From a virus, in IMG/VR virus record IMGVR_UViG_3300047510_001668, positions 32,001 to 96,000 of that record: a stretch of 64,000 nt of DNA. One strand, given 5' to 3'. The translations under genes were made by a program, and so were the position numbers. Below the pieces are notes generated by a model. That model was not told the origin of the DNA. It did not search any database and was given only the letters and a program-made list of their open reading frames with translations. This document shows positions 56,654 to 64,000 of the stretch, piece by piece. The number at the start of each line of letters is the position of its first letter. Within the stretch, counting starts at the first letter, position 1.

Positions 56654-57496
56654 TCACACACCTCGGAGCAGAAGCACACGACCCATACGCTCCCAGTCAC
56701 CAGGGTGTGACTTGGCAAGAGAGCAGAGCTTCATCACGGTACGCAAGCTGTACTCACGAAGGTCATCACGGTGTTGCTTCAGGAAGTGCATGATAGCCAC
56801 ACCCACTGGAGCAGTCACACCCTCACGCTGGAACATCTTGCCAGCTGTGGCCACATGCTCCACCCAGAGATGAATGGCCTGACGGTCATGCAAGCGAAGA
56901 TCCAGGTACAGACTGCGAGACATCAGAGCCTCGAAATGCTTCACGTACTTGTTGGCACCCTGATCCACGTACTTCTGGAAATCCAGATTGCTGATGAAGA
57001 TGAAACTCCCATGGAAATCATACCACTGGGGCACGTCATCCTGACGTAGTGTGGCGGAATCCTTCAACCAGGACACACGCCGGACAGGGGAGCTGTCGCA
57101 GAGAGCCTTCAGGATGTTCAGGGCATCCTCGTCGGTGAAGATGCTGTCGGCGTCATCCAACACAATCACCGACCCGGGCTTCCGCATCCGGTAGCCCAGC
57201 TTGTACAGCTCCACCGCGCTGATGGCACCGCTCACCGACTCACGGCGTTCCTCAGGGATGCGCGACAGGGTCTGGTGCACGGTGAATGTCTTGCCCACAC
57301 CCGGGGCACCCGTCACCACCATGCTACGGATGTTGCTCTGGGTGGCACCCTGGGTCAACTTGCCCAACATCTCGAACCGATCCTTCAGGTCAGTCAACAC
57401 CTCGAGGTCGGTTCTGGCCTTCTTGGTCACCAACTTGGCGCGCTCGGCAAGCATGGCCTTGGACGGACGACCGCGACGCTTAATCTGGAGAGACAT
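56654..57496 (-). CDS. AAA+ family ATPase with N-terminal AT-hook-like motif
   Basis: KRRGRPSK; GAPGVGKT; VLDDAD; FISN; ALMSR. Confidence 0.8.
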   Translation of the reverse strand: MSLQIKRRGRPSKAMLAERAKLVTKKARTDLEVLTDLKDRFEMLGKLTQGATQSNIRSMVVTGAPGVGKTFTVHQTLSRIPEERRESVSGAISAVELYKLGYRMRKPGSVIVLDDADSIFTDEDALNILKALCDSSPVRRVSWLKDSATLRQDDVPQWYDFHGSFIFISNLDFQKYVDQGANKYVKHFEALMSRSLYLDLRLHDRQAIHLWVEHVATAGKMFQREGVTAPVGVAIMHFLKQHRDDLREYSLRTVMKLCSLAKSHPGDWERMGRVLLLRGV

Positions 57497-57522
57497 ATTC
57501 ACCTTGTTTTGGAGTGTTTTGC

Positions 57523-57551
57523 AATTTAACGAAAAGTGGTCATGAAGTCAA
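57523..57551 (-). promoter_or_regulatory. Early sigma70 promoter TTGACT-N17-TAAATT
   Basis: Exact 17-nt spacing. Confidence 0.7.
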
Positions 57552-57579
57552 TAGCGACACCATCACGACACCGGTGTCA

Positions 57580-58281
57580 CTATGCCGCCCGAGTCAGCAC
57601 CGTGAACCCGGTCTGGTCTTTCTTGGCTTTTCCATTTGCCTTCAACCCCACCACCACCGCGCGGTCATCCAGGAATCGGAGATCCGTTTCTGTACCATCC
57701 ACCACCGTGACGCCGGCCCACTTCGCGGGCAGGGTGTCGAACACCACGGCCACGTTCATCACACCAGCCGACAGCACCTGCAACGCCTCCATCTCATTCA
57801 CCTCAGACCTGGAGAACGTGAGATGGTAGTTGGCTGGGATGCCTCGACGATTGGGAATCTTGGTGTAATCATAAAACTGCACCGTCGGGAACGCTTCCAT
57901 GATGTTGCTACGCCATGCACCATCGGCATACACGGCGATGGTCTCCCAGCGGATGTCGCTGGTGCCATTCAGTCGGAACACTGGCACCAACCCAGCCTTC
58001 TGGCTGGACCGAATGGCAGAGCGAATCTCCTTAAGGAGCTGATACATGAAGGCACCACGATCCTCGAAGAACCACTTGGTCTTGGCGATGCGCGCTGCCT
58101 GAACATTGCTGAACACCCCCATGCCCGACAGGTTCAGGCACGCTGAAGCGCACCCAGGTGACGCCATGGGGCAGACCTGATAGCCCGACAGAGTGGAAGG
58201 GGCCAGGTGCATGATGTAGGTCCGGTACCCCAGCTTCTCACCCTTCATGGTCTTGGTGTTGGCGATTCCCAGCAGTTTCAT
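57580..58281 (-). CDS. GP88-family (radical-SAM-like) protein
   Basis: CPMASPGCASACL, RLNGTSDI.WE, QFYDYTK, YHLTFS, GD/DLRFLD. Confidence 0.8.
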   Translation of the reverse strand: MKLLGIANTKTMKGEKLGYRTYIMHLAPSTLSGYQVCPMASPGCASACLNLSGMGVFSNVQAARIAKTKWFFEDRGAFMYQLLKEIRSAIRSSQKAGLVPVFRLNGTSDIRWETIAVYADGAWRSNIMEAFPTVQFYDYTKIPNRRGIPANYHLTFSRSEVNEMEALQVLSAGVMNVAVVFDTLPAKWAGVTVVDGTETDLRFLDDRAVVVGLKANGKAKKDQTGFTVLTRAA

Positions 58282-58307
58282 ACGTCTCCTTGAGTGTTAT
58301 GCTATGC

Positions 58308-58336
58308 AATTTAATGGTTTTTCACCACTTTGTCAA
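58308..58336 (-). promoter_or_regulatory. Early sigma70 promoter TTGACA-N17-TAAATT
   Basis: Exact 17-nt spacing; SD AAGGAG downstream. Confidence 0.8.
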
Positions 58337-58361
58337 GCACCGCTAAGTTGTTACGCTGCAA

Positions 58362-58526
58362 TCACTTAGCTGACAGCATTTCCATCATATGCAGCTTGGC
58401 CAGGCGCTGCGCCCGGTATTTCTCCTTGGTCCACTTGTGATCCTTCCGCTTCTGCTTCACCCAGCGGTCATACTCTTCCTTGGCTTCCTTCATGGCGATG
58501 CGATATTCCACGGTGTCCGGTTGCAT
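58362..58526 (-). CDS. Hypothetical protein (54 aa)
   Basis: Manual translation MQPDTVEYRIAMKEAKEEYDRW...; TAATG coupling to the upstream gene. Confidence 0.55.
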   Translation of the reverse strand: MQPDTVEYRIAMKEAKEEYDRWVKQKRKDHKWTKEKYRAQRLAKLHMMEMLSAK

Positions 58527-58702
58527 TAGCTCTCCTGAATGTTGAGGTCCTTCGCGGTTTCCAGCAACTGCTCATCCGTCAGAGTCTCGGTCCATTCCTT
58601 CTGCATATCATAGTAGGTGTTCTCCAGATCCTCCTGGCTGACCAGATCCAGCAACCGCTGCGCCACCAGCTCTTCCAGTTCCACTCGCTGGTTCTCGTCC
58701 AT
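58526..58702 (-). CDS. Hypothetical acidic protein (58 aa)
   Basis: Manual translation MDENQRVELEELVAQRLLD... Confidence 0.55.
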   Translation of the reverse strand: MDENQRVELEELVAQRLLDLVSQEDLENTYYDMQKEWTETLTDEQLLETAKDLNIQES

Positions 58703-58703
58703 G

Positions 58704-58907
58704 TTAGAAATCCTCCTGAAGGTCTTCTGGATCCACGATACCTGCCTGAATCATTTCATCCCGAAGGTCATCCACAGCACACTCCAGGTCCCACAACTTC
58801 ACATAGTAGCCATCCGGCGTGTGAGTGCCCTTGCTGGCATAGAGCGCGCGCTCAAACTTCACCCAGGCCTCCGCCACCAGATCCATTTGCGTTTTCACTT
58901 TTGCCAT
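58704..58907 (-). CDS. Hypothetical protein
   Basis: ORF track; tight packing. Confidence 0.6.
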   Translation of the reverse strand: MAKVKTQMDLVAEAWVKFERALYASKGTHTPDGYYVKLWDLECAVDDLRDEMIQAGIVDPEDLQEDF

Positions 58908-58909
58908 TT

Positions 58910-59224
58910 TCAGAACTCCAGGTTGATGTAATCATCCTTGCCCACAATCTGCCAGTAGCACGTTCGCAGGTCATCCTCGTTCCACACCTTCGCCGGGAGA
59001 TTGCGAGAAGGCTCCCCTAGGTTGTCATCCAGGCTATCATAGTAGTGGAACACACCCTCCACGATACACTCCAAGGCAAAGTTGTTGCCCACCAGGGTGA
59101 AATCAGCATCGCCGAAGCTCACCTTCTGGAACCCATTCAGGTCCACGTACTGGGCCAGGTCATCGCTGAAGCCCAGCTGGGCATACACCTCGGAAACATC
59201 CAGGAACGTCACGGTCTTTTGCAT
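58910..59224 (-). CDS. Hypothetical protein
   Basis: ORF track; start trimmed to MQKTV. Confidence 0.6.
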   Translation of the reverse strand: MQKTVTFLDVSEVYAQLGFSDDLAQYVDLNGFQKVSFGDADFTLVGNNFALECIVEGVFHYYDSLDDNLGEPSRNLPAKVWNEDDLRTCYWQIVGKDDYINLEF

Positions 59225-59225
59225 T

Positions 59226-59399
59226 TCACTTCTCCAGGTTGGAAGGATCATCATTCACCCACTGCATCCACGCCACCACCGTTTGCTTCGCGGTTCGCTT
59301 GTCCAGCAGAAAGTAATCCTGAAGCCAAGGAGCCGAGCCGAACATATTCACCTCGCCGGTCCGGCGGAGTGCATTCAGGAACAGGAAGTGCTCTTGCAT
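59226..59399 (-). CDS. Conserved small phage protein (57 aa)
   Basis: Manual translation MQEHFLFLNALRRTGEVNMFGSAPWLQDYF...; L..LR.TG..NMFG motif. Confidence 0.65.
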   Translation of the reverse strand: MQEHFLFLNALRRTGEVNMFGSAPWLQDYFLLDKRTAKQTVVAWMQWVNDDPSNLEK

Positions 59400-59830
59400 T
59401 ATGCCAACCCCGCTTCAGCTGCACGCTGGGCCAGTTCCACGATGCTCTCCACGTGATCCAGACTCTGTGGGTTGCGTCGAAGGTCATAGTGCTCCCACTC
59501 ACGGGCAGAAGCATCCCAGACATAGGCATGCTCGCATCCTGAGCCATCGGCGTGACTGAGCATATCACTCAGGAAATCAAACTGCACAGCCGGCTCCTGG
59601 AACAGCTTCCACTCGCCATCGTTGCCACCCATATCACGCCCACCCGGCGTGAGTAGCGAGCTGATGTTGCCACGACCCAACAGCACCTGCACCTCGCCAT
59701 CGTGGGAGTAGTGATCCCGAAGCATCACACCCACATATTGCGGGTAGCCATCCCAGTGGCAATAGATGCCAGTATATCGCGTGGAGTCGGGGTTGTTGCT
59801 CTTACGGATGATGAAGGAACGTGTAGCCAT
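59399..59830 (-). CDS. Conserved hypothetical early protein
   Basis: MATRSFI...IYCHWDGYP..VG..L..HY. Confidence 0.75.
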   Translation of the reverse strand: MATRSFIIRKSNNPDSTRYTGIYCHWDGYPQYVGVMLRDHYSHDGEVQVLLGRGNISSLLTPGGRDMGGNDGEWKLFQEPAVQFDFLSDMLSHADGSGCEHAYVWDASAREWEHYDLRRNPQSLDHVESIVELAQRAAEAGLA

Positions 59831-59860
59831 TTGTTTTTCTCTCTTGTTGAGTGTTCCAGC

Positions 59861-59915
59861 AATCTAACGTGGGACGCAGAAATGGTCAAGCAGGGATTTG
59901 TAACGGAATTGTAAC
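59861..59915 (-). promoter_or_regulatory. Early promoter TTGACC-N17-TAGATT with upstream TGTAAC-N5-TGTAAC box
   Basis: Repeats at 59899 and 59910. Confidence 0.75.
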
Positions 59916-59948
59916 GGATTCATTAAGGTTGAGAATCGTTCTCATCCG

Positions 59949-60173
59949 TTACCATTCATCCCTGAGCCTTGCCTGTTCATCCTCCCATTCCCATCGCGCG
60001 TCCCAATACTCCCGAGCTGTCAAGCCCGCCTGATTGCTGGGGCCGTGATAGAAGCCGCCTGAGAGTGATTGATCCTGCTTCACGAACTCTTGAACGTGAT
60101 CCTCCTGCCACCCCTCACTGCGATAGAACTCCTCTGCCGTTACCTTCGTGTCGAAATCGTCGAACCCATTCAT
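59949..60173 (-). CDS. Hypothetical protein
   Basis: MNGFDDFDTKVTAEEFY...; start trimmed. Confidence 0.55.
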   Translation of the reverse strand: MNGFDDFDTKVTAEEFYRSEGWQEDHVQEFVKQDQSLSGGFYHGPSNQAGLTAREYWDARWEWEDEQARLRDEW

Positions 60174-60174
60174 C

Positions 60175-60438
60175 TCACACCCCTCCCGTGACATACACAC
60201 GAAGATAATGTCTCCCTGAACTGAAAAACCCTGAACCCACCCACAACCCCTTGCCATTCACCCATGACTCTGTGACCTCTATGTTCGTCATCCCACCATC
60301 ATCTATCAATATCTGTTTCGCCTCATCCACGTGAATTCCACAGTTGATGTATGTGAACCGTTTCCGTCCATCCTTCATTGTTTCTGAATAACTCATTCCC
60401 ACTCCAAGTTCCTGACTGATTCTGTTCCTGAGTGTCAT
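60175..60438 (-). CDS. Hypothetical protein
   Basis: ORF track; TAATG coupling. Confidence 0.6.
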   Translation of the reverse strand: MTLRNRISQELGVGMSYSETMKDGRKRFTYINCGIHVDEAKQILIDDGGMTNIEVTESWVNGKGLWVGSGFFSSGRHYLRVYVTGGV

Positions 60439-60632
60439 TATTCCATCTCCTTCCAGTTGTTGTTCAAAAAGTCTTGCCGTGTCGTGAATCCCAGAGAATC
60501 ATCCAACCACTCATTATCATCACAGTCTGTTTGATGATAGAAAGTTCCCAAGTTCGTCTCCATCACGAACCCATTGTCTGTTTCATATTCATGTTTGATG
60601 ATGTAACTCTGTCCAAAATCGTTGTCTTTCAT
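60438..60632 (-). CDS. Hypothetical acidic protein
   Basis: ORF track; directly downstream of a promoter. Confidence 0.6.
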   Translation of the reverse strand: MKDNDFGQSYIIKHEYETDNGFVMETNLGTFYHQTDCDDNEWLDDSLGFTTRQDFLNNNWKEME

Positions 60633-60661
60633 TGTTTTTCTCTGTTGTTGAATGTATCATG

Positions 60662-60716
60662 AATCTAACATAGAAACAGAGAAAACACAAGAATGGAAAT
60701 GTAACGGATGTGTAAC
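60662..60716 (-). promoter_or_regulatory. Early promoter TTGTGT-N17-TAGATT with TGTAAC-N5-TGTAAC box
   Basis: Repeats at 60700 and 60711. Confidence 0.7.
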
Positions 60717-61029
60717 GAAAAAGTTTGTGATGTGCATCACAATGTGACCTGGGTCACAGCCGAGCGCGCATCTCAGCGATACGGGCCCGGGTCACACGGC
60801 TGGGAGTCAACTGCTCCAGCAGATGTATTTGCTTCAGATAATAGGGACGCCAGGCTAAACGATCCGCCTCGGTCACCTTGTTGCCCGGCGCGTCAGGGCC
60901 ATGATCCCGTAGCCACTCACGCTGCTTACGCTGCTTCGTCGCTGCTGATGTTTTCACAGGGTCTCCTTGTAGTGTGTCCTGGAATATACTACCATTTCAG
61001 AGAAAACACAAGAATGGAAATGTAACGGA
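60677..61029. repeat. 32-nt exact direct repeat (60677-60708 and 60998-61029)
   Basis: CAGAGAAAACACAAGAATGGAAATGTAACGGA occurs twice and covers the -35 region and proximal box of two promoters. Confidence 0.9.
60754..60957 (-). CDS. Hypothetical basic protein
   Basis: GTG start with SD AAGGAG, downstream of a promoter. Confidence 0.55.
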   Translation of the reverse strand: MKTSAATKQRKQREWLRDHGPDAPGNKVTEADRLAWRPYYLKQIHLLEQLTPSRVTRARIAEMRARL

Positions 61030-61037
61030 ATTGTAAC
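60983..61037 (-). promoter_or_regulatory. Early promoter TTGTGT-N17-TATATT with TGTAAC-N5-TGTAAC box
   Basis: Repeats at 61021 and 61032. Confidence 0.7.
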
Positions 61038-61332
61038 AGAAAGTTATCAACATTTTTGTTGATAACTCAGAAATTTGATATGGAAATCGTTGGAATTCCG
61101 TGACGCGCGGGAGTCCCCAGGCCCCAGGACAGCGCACCCAATAGCAAAAAAGCGCTGAGCGCTATTAGCGCTAGCCATCACCACCTCTGAACTCACCCCA
61201 TCTCACGCAATGCGCATGCACGTCACATGGCGCATGCACACACATGACCCGCGATTTTTCTGCTGCTGGCCCGCGAAATTTCCCGCAACCCACCCGTGAA
61301 ACATCCCGCGTTTCCTCCCGCGTTCCTGCCCG

Positions 61333-61518
61333 CTAGAAATCCCGCCGTTTCATCTCCTGGAACAACTCCAGGGCAGCTTCCATGTCATCATCATTGCGCA
61401 GAGTGGTGGGATCCTGATAGCGTGCACCCATGGGCTTTTTCGGCAGCTTCTTCATCTTTTTCAGTAAAGATTGCAATTCCCGCTCTTGTTTTGATAGCTT
61501 TTTCTTTTCTTTTGTCAT
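61333..61518 (-). CDS. Small basic hypothetical protein
   Basis: MTKEKKKLSKQERELQSLL...; start trimmed. Confidence 0.45.
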   Translation of the reverse strand: MTKEKKKLSKQERELQSLLKKMKKLPKKPMGARYQDPTTLRNDDDMEAALELFQEMKRRDF

Positions 61519-61534
61519 AGTTGTTTCCTGATTG

Positions 61535-61620
61535 TATAAATATGGTTGTTTCCTTCTCGTTCTACCACAACTGTTGCTCCTCATCCTCTTGTTGACTTTC
61601 TCTATGCGACATGTTATCTT
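61535..61620 (+). promoter_or_regulatory. Rightward late (TATAAATA 61535-42) and sigma70 (TTGACT-N17-TATCTT 61592-61620) promoters
   Basis: Motif matches upstream of the + strand operon. Confidence 0.55.
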
Positions 61621-61728
61621 TTCTCTTATATATCTCCCTGTACTAGTTCTAGGCATACTGACCATATCTCTGGTGGCAGCTTGCCACACCATCGTCACCT
61701 ACATCTCCTCCATCTGGACACCTAAACC

Positions 61729-62007
61729 ATGAAATTTCTACATTTAAAGCCCATCTCCCTGACCAACACAGCTGAACACCGTATCCATCAAAGAAAATGG
61801 TTGGCCGTGGTGATTCTGGTTGTGGGCGGTCTGTTGCTAGCTTCCAAAGCCCCTGTGCCCATGGCGTTCAGCTATTTTCTGTTGTTTTTTGGACACGCGG
61901 GCATGCTGCATCAGATGTACCTGAAGCGTGATGTGCCATTGTTTCTCATCAACATCATCTGGTGTGGCATTGATGTGCTGGGCATGGTGCGTTGGTGGGG
62001 TCATTGA
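61729..62007 (+). CDS. Small multi-pass membrane protein
   Basis: Three hydrophobic segments; TGATG coupling to the next gene. Confidence 0.65.
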   Translation: MKFLHLKPISLTNTAEHRIHQRKWLAVVILVVGGLLLASKAPVPMAFSYFLLFFGHAGMLHQMYLKRDVPLFLINIIWCGIDVLGMVRWWGH

Positions 62008-62417
62008 TGCATCAGCTGGACATGAAACTGTGTGTGGATGTCTGCAGAATGCTGGCCAGAAGAAGTCGTGCCACGCGGGCCCAAGTGGGCTCGGTGTTGT
62101 GGCACCCTGGCAAGCGAACCATTGTGAGTCTGGGATACAATGGCACACCTGAAGGGGAGGACAACCTCATGGAAGCTGATGGCAGAACCCTGGACACCGT
62201 GGTGCATGCTGAAGAAAATGTTCTACGCAAAGTCCATTGGTGGACCGCCAGAAAATGCTATTTGTTTGTCACGCATGCGCCATGTCGCCGCTGTGCTCGG
62301 CGTATCATCAGCAAAGGTGTGAAAAAGGTGTACTATCTGGACAATTACGGGGAACCTTCGGGCGTGGCCTTGTTGAGAACCTCGGGTGTCCAGGTGATAC
62401 GATTGTTCAGCCAATGA
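62007..62417 (+). CDS. cd: dCMP deaminase
   Basis: GYNGTP, HAEEN, THAPCRRCA. Confidence 0.92.
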   Translation: MHQLDMKLCVDVCRMLARRSRATRAQVGSVLWHPGKRTIVSLGYNGTPEGEDNLMEADGRTLDTVVHAEENVLRKVHWWTARKCYLFVTHAPCRRCARRIISKGVKKVYYLDNYGEPSGVALLRTSGVQVIRLFSQ

Positions 62418-62914
62418 TATTTGTCTACTGGACACCTGCTGGGGTGATGCTGTCCGACAAAACCTTCCGGGAACTACAACGATTACACCCCAAGTTGGAG
62501 CTGTTGCGTCAGTTCCGAACCATTCAGGATGCCCGTGTGTACTGTCAGAAGATGCGTTTTCAAGTGGTTCTGGATGAACAGCCAGAATGGACAGGCATCA
62601 CACCTGAAGGAAGAGAAAGAATGCGTGAGAAGAAAAGGGGGGAGAACAATCCCAACGCAGGGGGATTGTCACCTGAACACCGAAGAAAAATCAGTGAAAA
62701 CAAACGAAGAATGTATCAGCGAGATGGCAACCCCATGTGGAACCAAAGACATCGCCCCCGAGCCAGATTGCTGATTGGCATGGCCAACATTCGTCGCCGT
62801 GGCAGACGCTGGGCTGTGGATGACCAGGGGCGTGAACATTTCCTGGTGCCAGGTAGCACGCTGCCCCCGGGGTGGGCCTGGGGGCGCGCTCGGAACGTGA
62901 ATCATCATTTCTGA
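62414..62914 (+). CDS. NUMOD3-motif DNA-binding protein (homing-endonuclease-associated motifs; no clear nuclease domain)
   Basis: GENNPNAGGLSPEHRRKISE, GNPMW; ATGA coupling. Confidence 0.6.
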   Translation: MIFVYWTPAGVMLSDKTFRELQRLHPKLELLRQFRTIQDARVYCQKMRFQVVLDEQPEWTGITPEGRERMREKKRGENNPNAGGLSPEHRRKISENKRRMYQRDGNPMWNQRHRPRARLLIGMANIRRRGRRWAVDDQGREHFLVPGSTLPPGWAWGRARNVNHHF

Positions 62915-63363
62915 TATTTTCTGTTCACGCTGTCCTGTTCCATCACGGTTTTCACTCCATGACAGAATTTACATAATGTTTGCAGATTGTCAGGATGATT
63001 GTTTTCATGATTGCCATCCTTGTGATCCACATCCATCAAGGTGCGATAGATTTCATTCTTTCTGATGGCAGGCACCTGATGCCAATCCTCATCAGGATGT
63101 AGCATCTGGTGATGCCGTTCAGCCAGTTCTCGAACATCCTGTCCACAACATTCACAGATGTAGGCGCGATGGAAGCTGTAGGGTTTATCCAACACAGCCA
63201 ACCCACCATACTCCTTCAACATGGCACGATGGTCATCACACAACTCCTTGCCTGGACCATCCCAGAGCGTCCTGATGGCGCCACAGAAGGGTACTACACA
63301 GGTGTGTGCCTGGTCCGCCTGAATCATCACCACGGTTTTCATGGTTTCATGTAATTCACGCAT
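62905..63363 (-). CDS. HNH endonuclease
   Basis: CECCG...DVDHKDGNHENNHPDNLQTLCKFCH. Confidence 0.82.
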   Translation of the reverse strand: MRELHETMKTVVMIQADQAHTCVVPFCGAIRTLWDGPGKELCDDHRAMLKEYGGLAVLDKPYSFHRAYICECCGQDVRELAERHHQMLHPDEDWHQVPAIRKNEIYRTLMDVDHKDGNHENNHPDNLQTLCKFCHGVKTVMEQDSVNRKYQK

Positions 63364-63364
63364 G

Positions 63365-63943
63365 TTACACCAGATGATGAGTGTTGGGCCAGAACCCACT
63401 GGCCTTGGTTCTGGCAAAGCTCTTCATGGTGGCAAGGCTGGGTAATGACACCTTCAGATTGGCAGCACGAAGTGACTCCGTGAACAGCACCACGCTCATC
63501 AGGTAGTAATCAGTGCTCCAGGTGGTTCTCATGTGCTCGGACACATCTTCATCCGTGTCCACCCAATCATGGACAGCATCCTTGCACTTCACATACAAAC
63601 TGTCTGGGAAACTGCTCCACTTGGTGCCATGCTTCACGAAATCATGGTTGAACACCTCGCTGGCCCAATGATACACCTTGCGAACCTCCTGTTCTGTCCA
63701 ATGTGCGGTGTTGTCAATGGCATGCAGGCGGAAGAATTCCATCAGGATGTCCTGTTCATGCACCGTGATGGCACGCTTCTTCGCCACGCCTGAATGTTTC
63801 ATGTATTCAGCAAAACGAATCAACACATCCTCGGACTCGGTTTTCCATTCCGAGAAACGAGTCAAGGCACCTGGGAGATGTCTATCCATTTTGAATTCCT
63901 GTGTGAAGAACATATCATGTGCCTCCACCACATTCTGTATCAA
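63365..63943 (-). CDS. Hypothetical protein
   Basis: ORF track; start uncertain. Confidence 0.55.
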   Translation of the reverse strand: MIQNVVEAHDMFFTQEFKMDRHLPGALTRFSEWKTESEDVLIRFAEYMKHSGVAKKRAITVHEQDILMEFFRLHAIDNTAHWTEQEVRKVYHWASEVFNHDFVKHGTKWSSFPDSLYVKCKDAVHDWVDTDEDVSEHMRTTWSTDYYLMSVVLFTESLRAANLKVSLPSLATMKSFARTKASGFWPNTHHLV

Positions 63944-64000
63944 GGCATGCTTCTTGGCATCCGAGCTGGTGTCATGATTGATACGATGATTGATGACATA

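Noticed and set aside
54506-58146. Long plus-strand ORFs (54506-55360, 57514-58146)
   Set aside because: They are antisense to well-supported minus-strand genes in a GC-rich region.
1-64000. Alternative genetic code (stop recoding)
   Set aside because: Core genes translate full length in code 11, and TAA, TAG and TGA all serve as stops.

Overview
This is a 64-kb segment of a T4-like (Tevenvirinae/Kyanoviridae-grade) myophage genome, read in standard genetic code 11. Bases 1-41.8 kb hold the tail and baseplate module: fibres, a split DUF4815/VrlC-like protein, gp8, gp7, gp6, gp25, gp5, gp53, gp48, gp4, gp2, gp54, gp26, gp51 and a putative gp29. Inserted among these is a ~12 kb locus that looks like a virion protein O-glycosylation system. 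It encodes a 1411-aa mucin-like Thr-Pro-Ser/Cys-rich fibre-tip protein, followed under a T4 late promoter by two GT60-type GlcNAc-transferases, two HtrL-like glycosyltransferase domains, a carbamoyltransferase and a methyltransferase-HtrL-GT2 fusion. Bases 41.9-56 kb carry gp32, gp59, gp33, DNA ligase, dsbA, phoH, host-like metabolic genes (guaC, purA, uvsE, pspC, LpxH-like, GT2) and a circularly permuted (two-piece) tmRNA gene that the ORF track does not show. Bases 56.5-61 kb are GC-richer small early genes driven by sigma70 promoters, three of which carry an identically placed TGTAAC-N5-TGTAAC box. A repeat-rich non-coding divergence point, dCMP deaminase and NUMOD3/HNH genes follow. A -1 slippery site links gp26 to gp51. 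All family assignments come from motif recognition by eye; no database searches were run.
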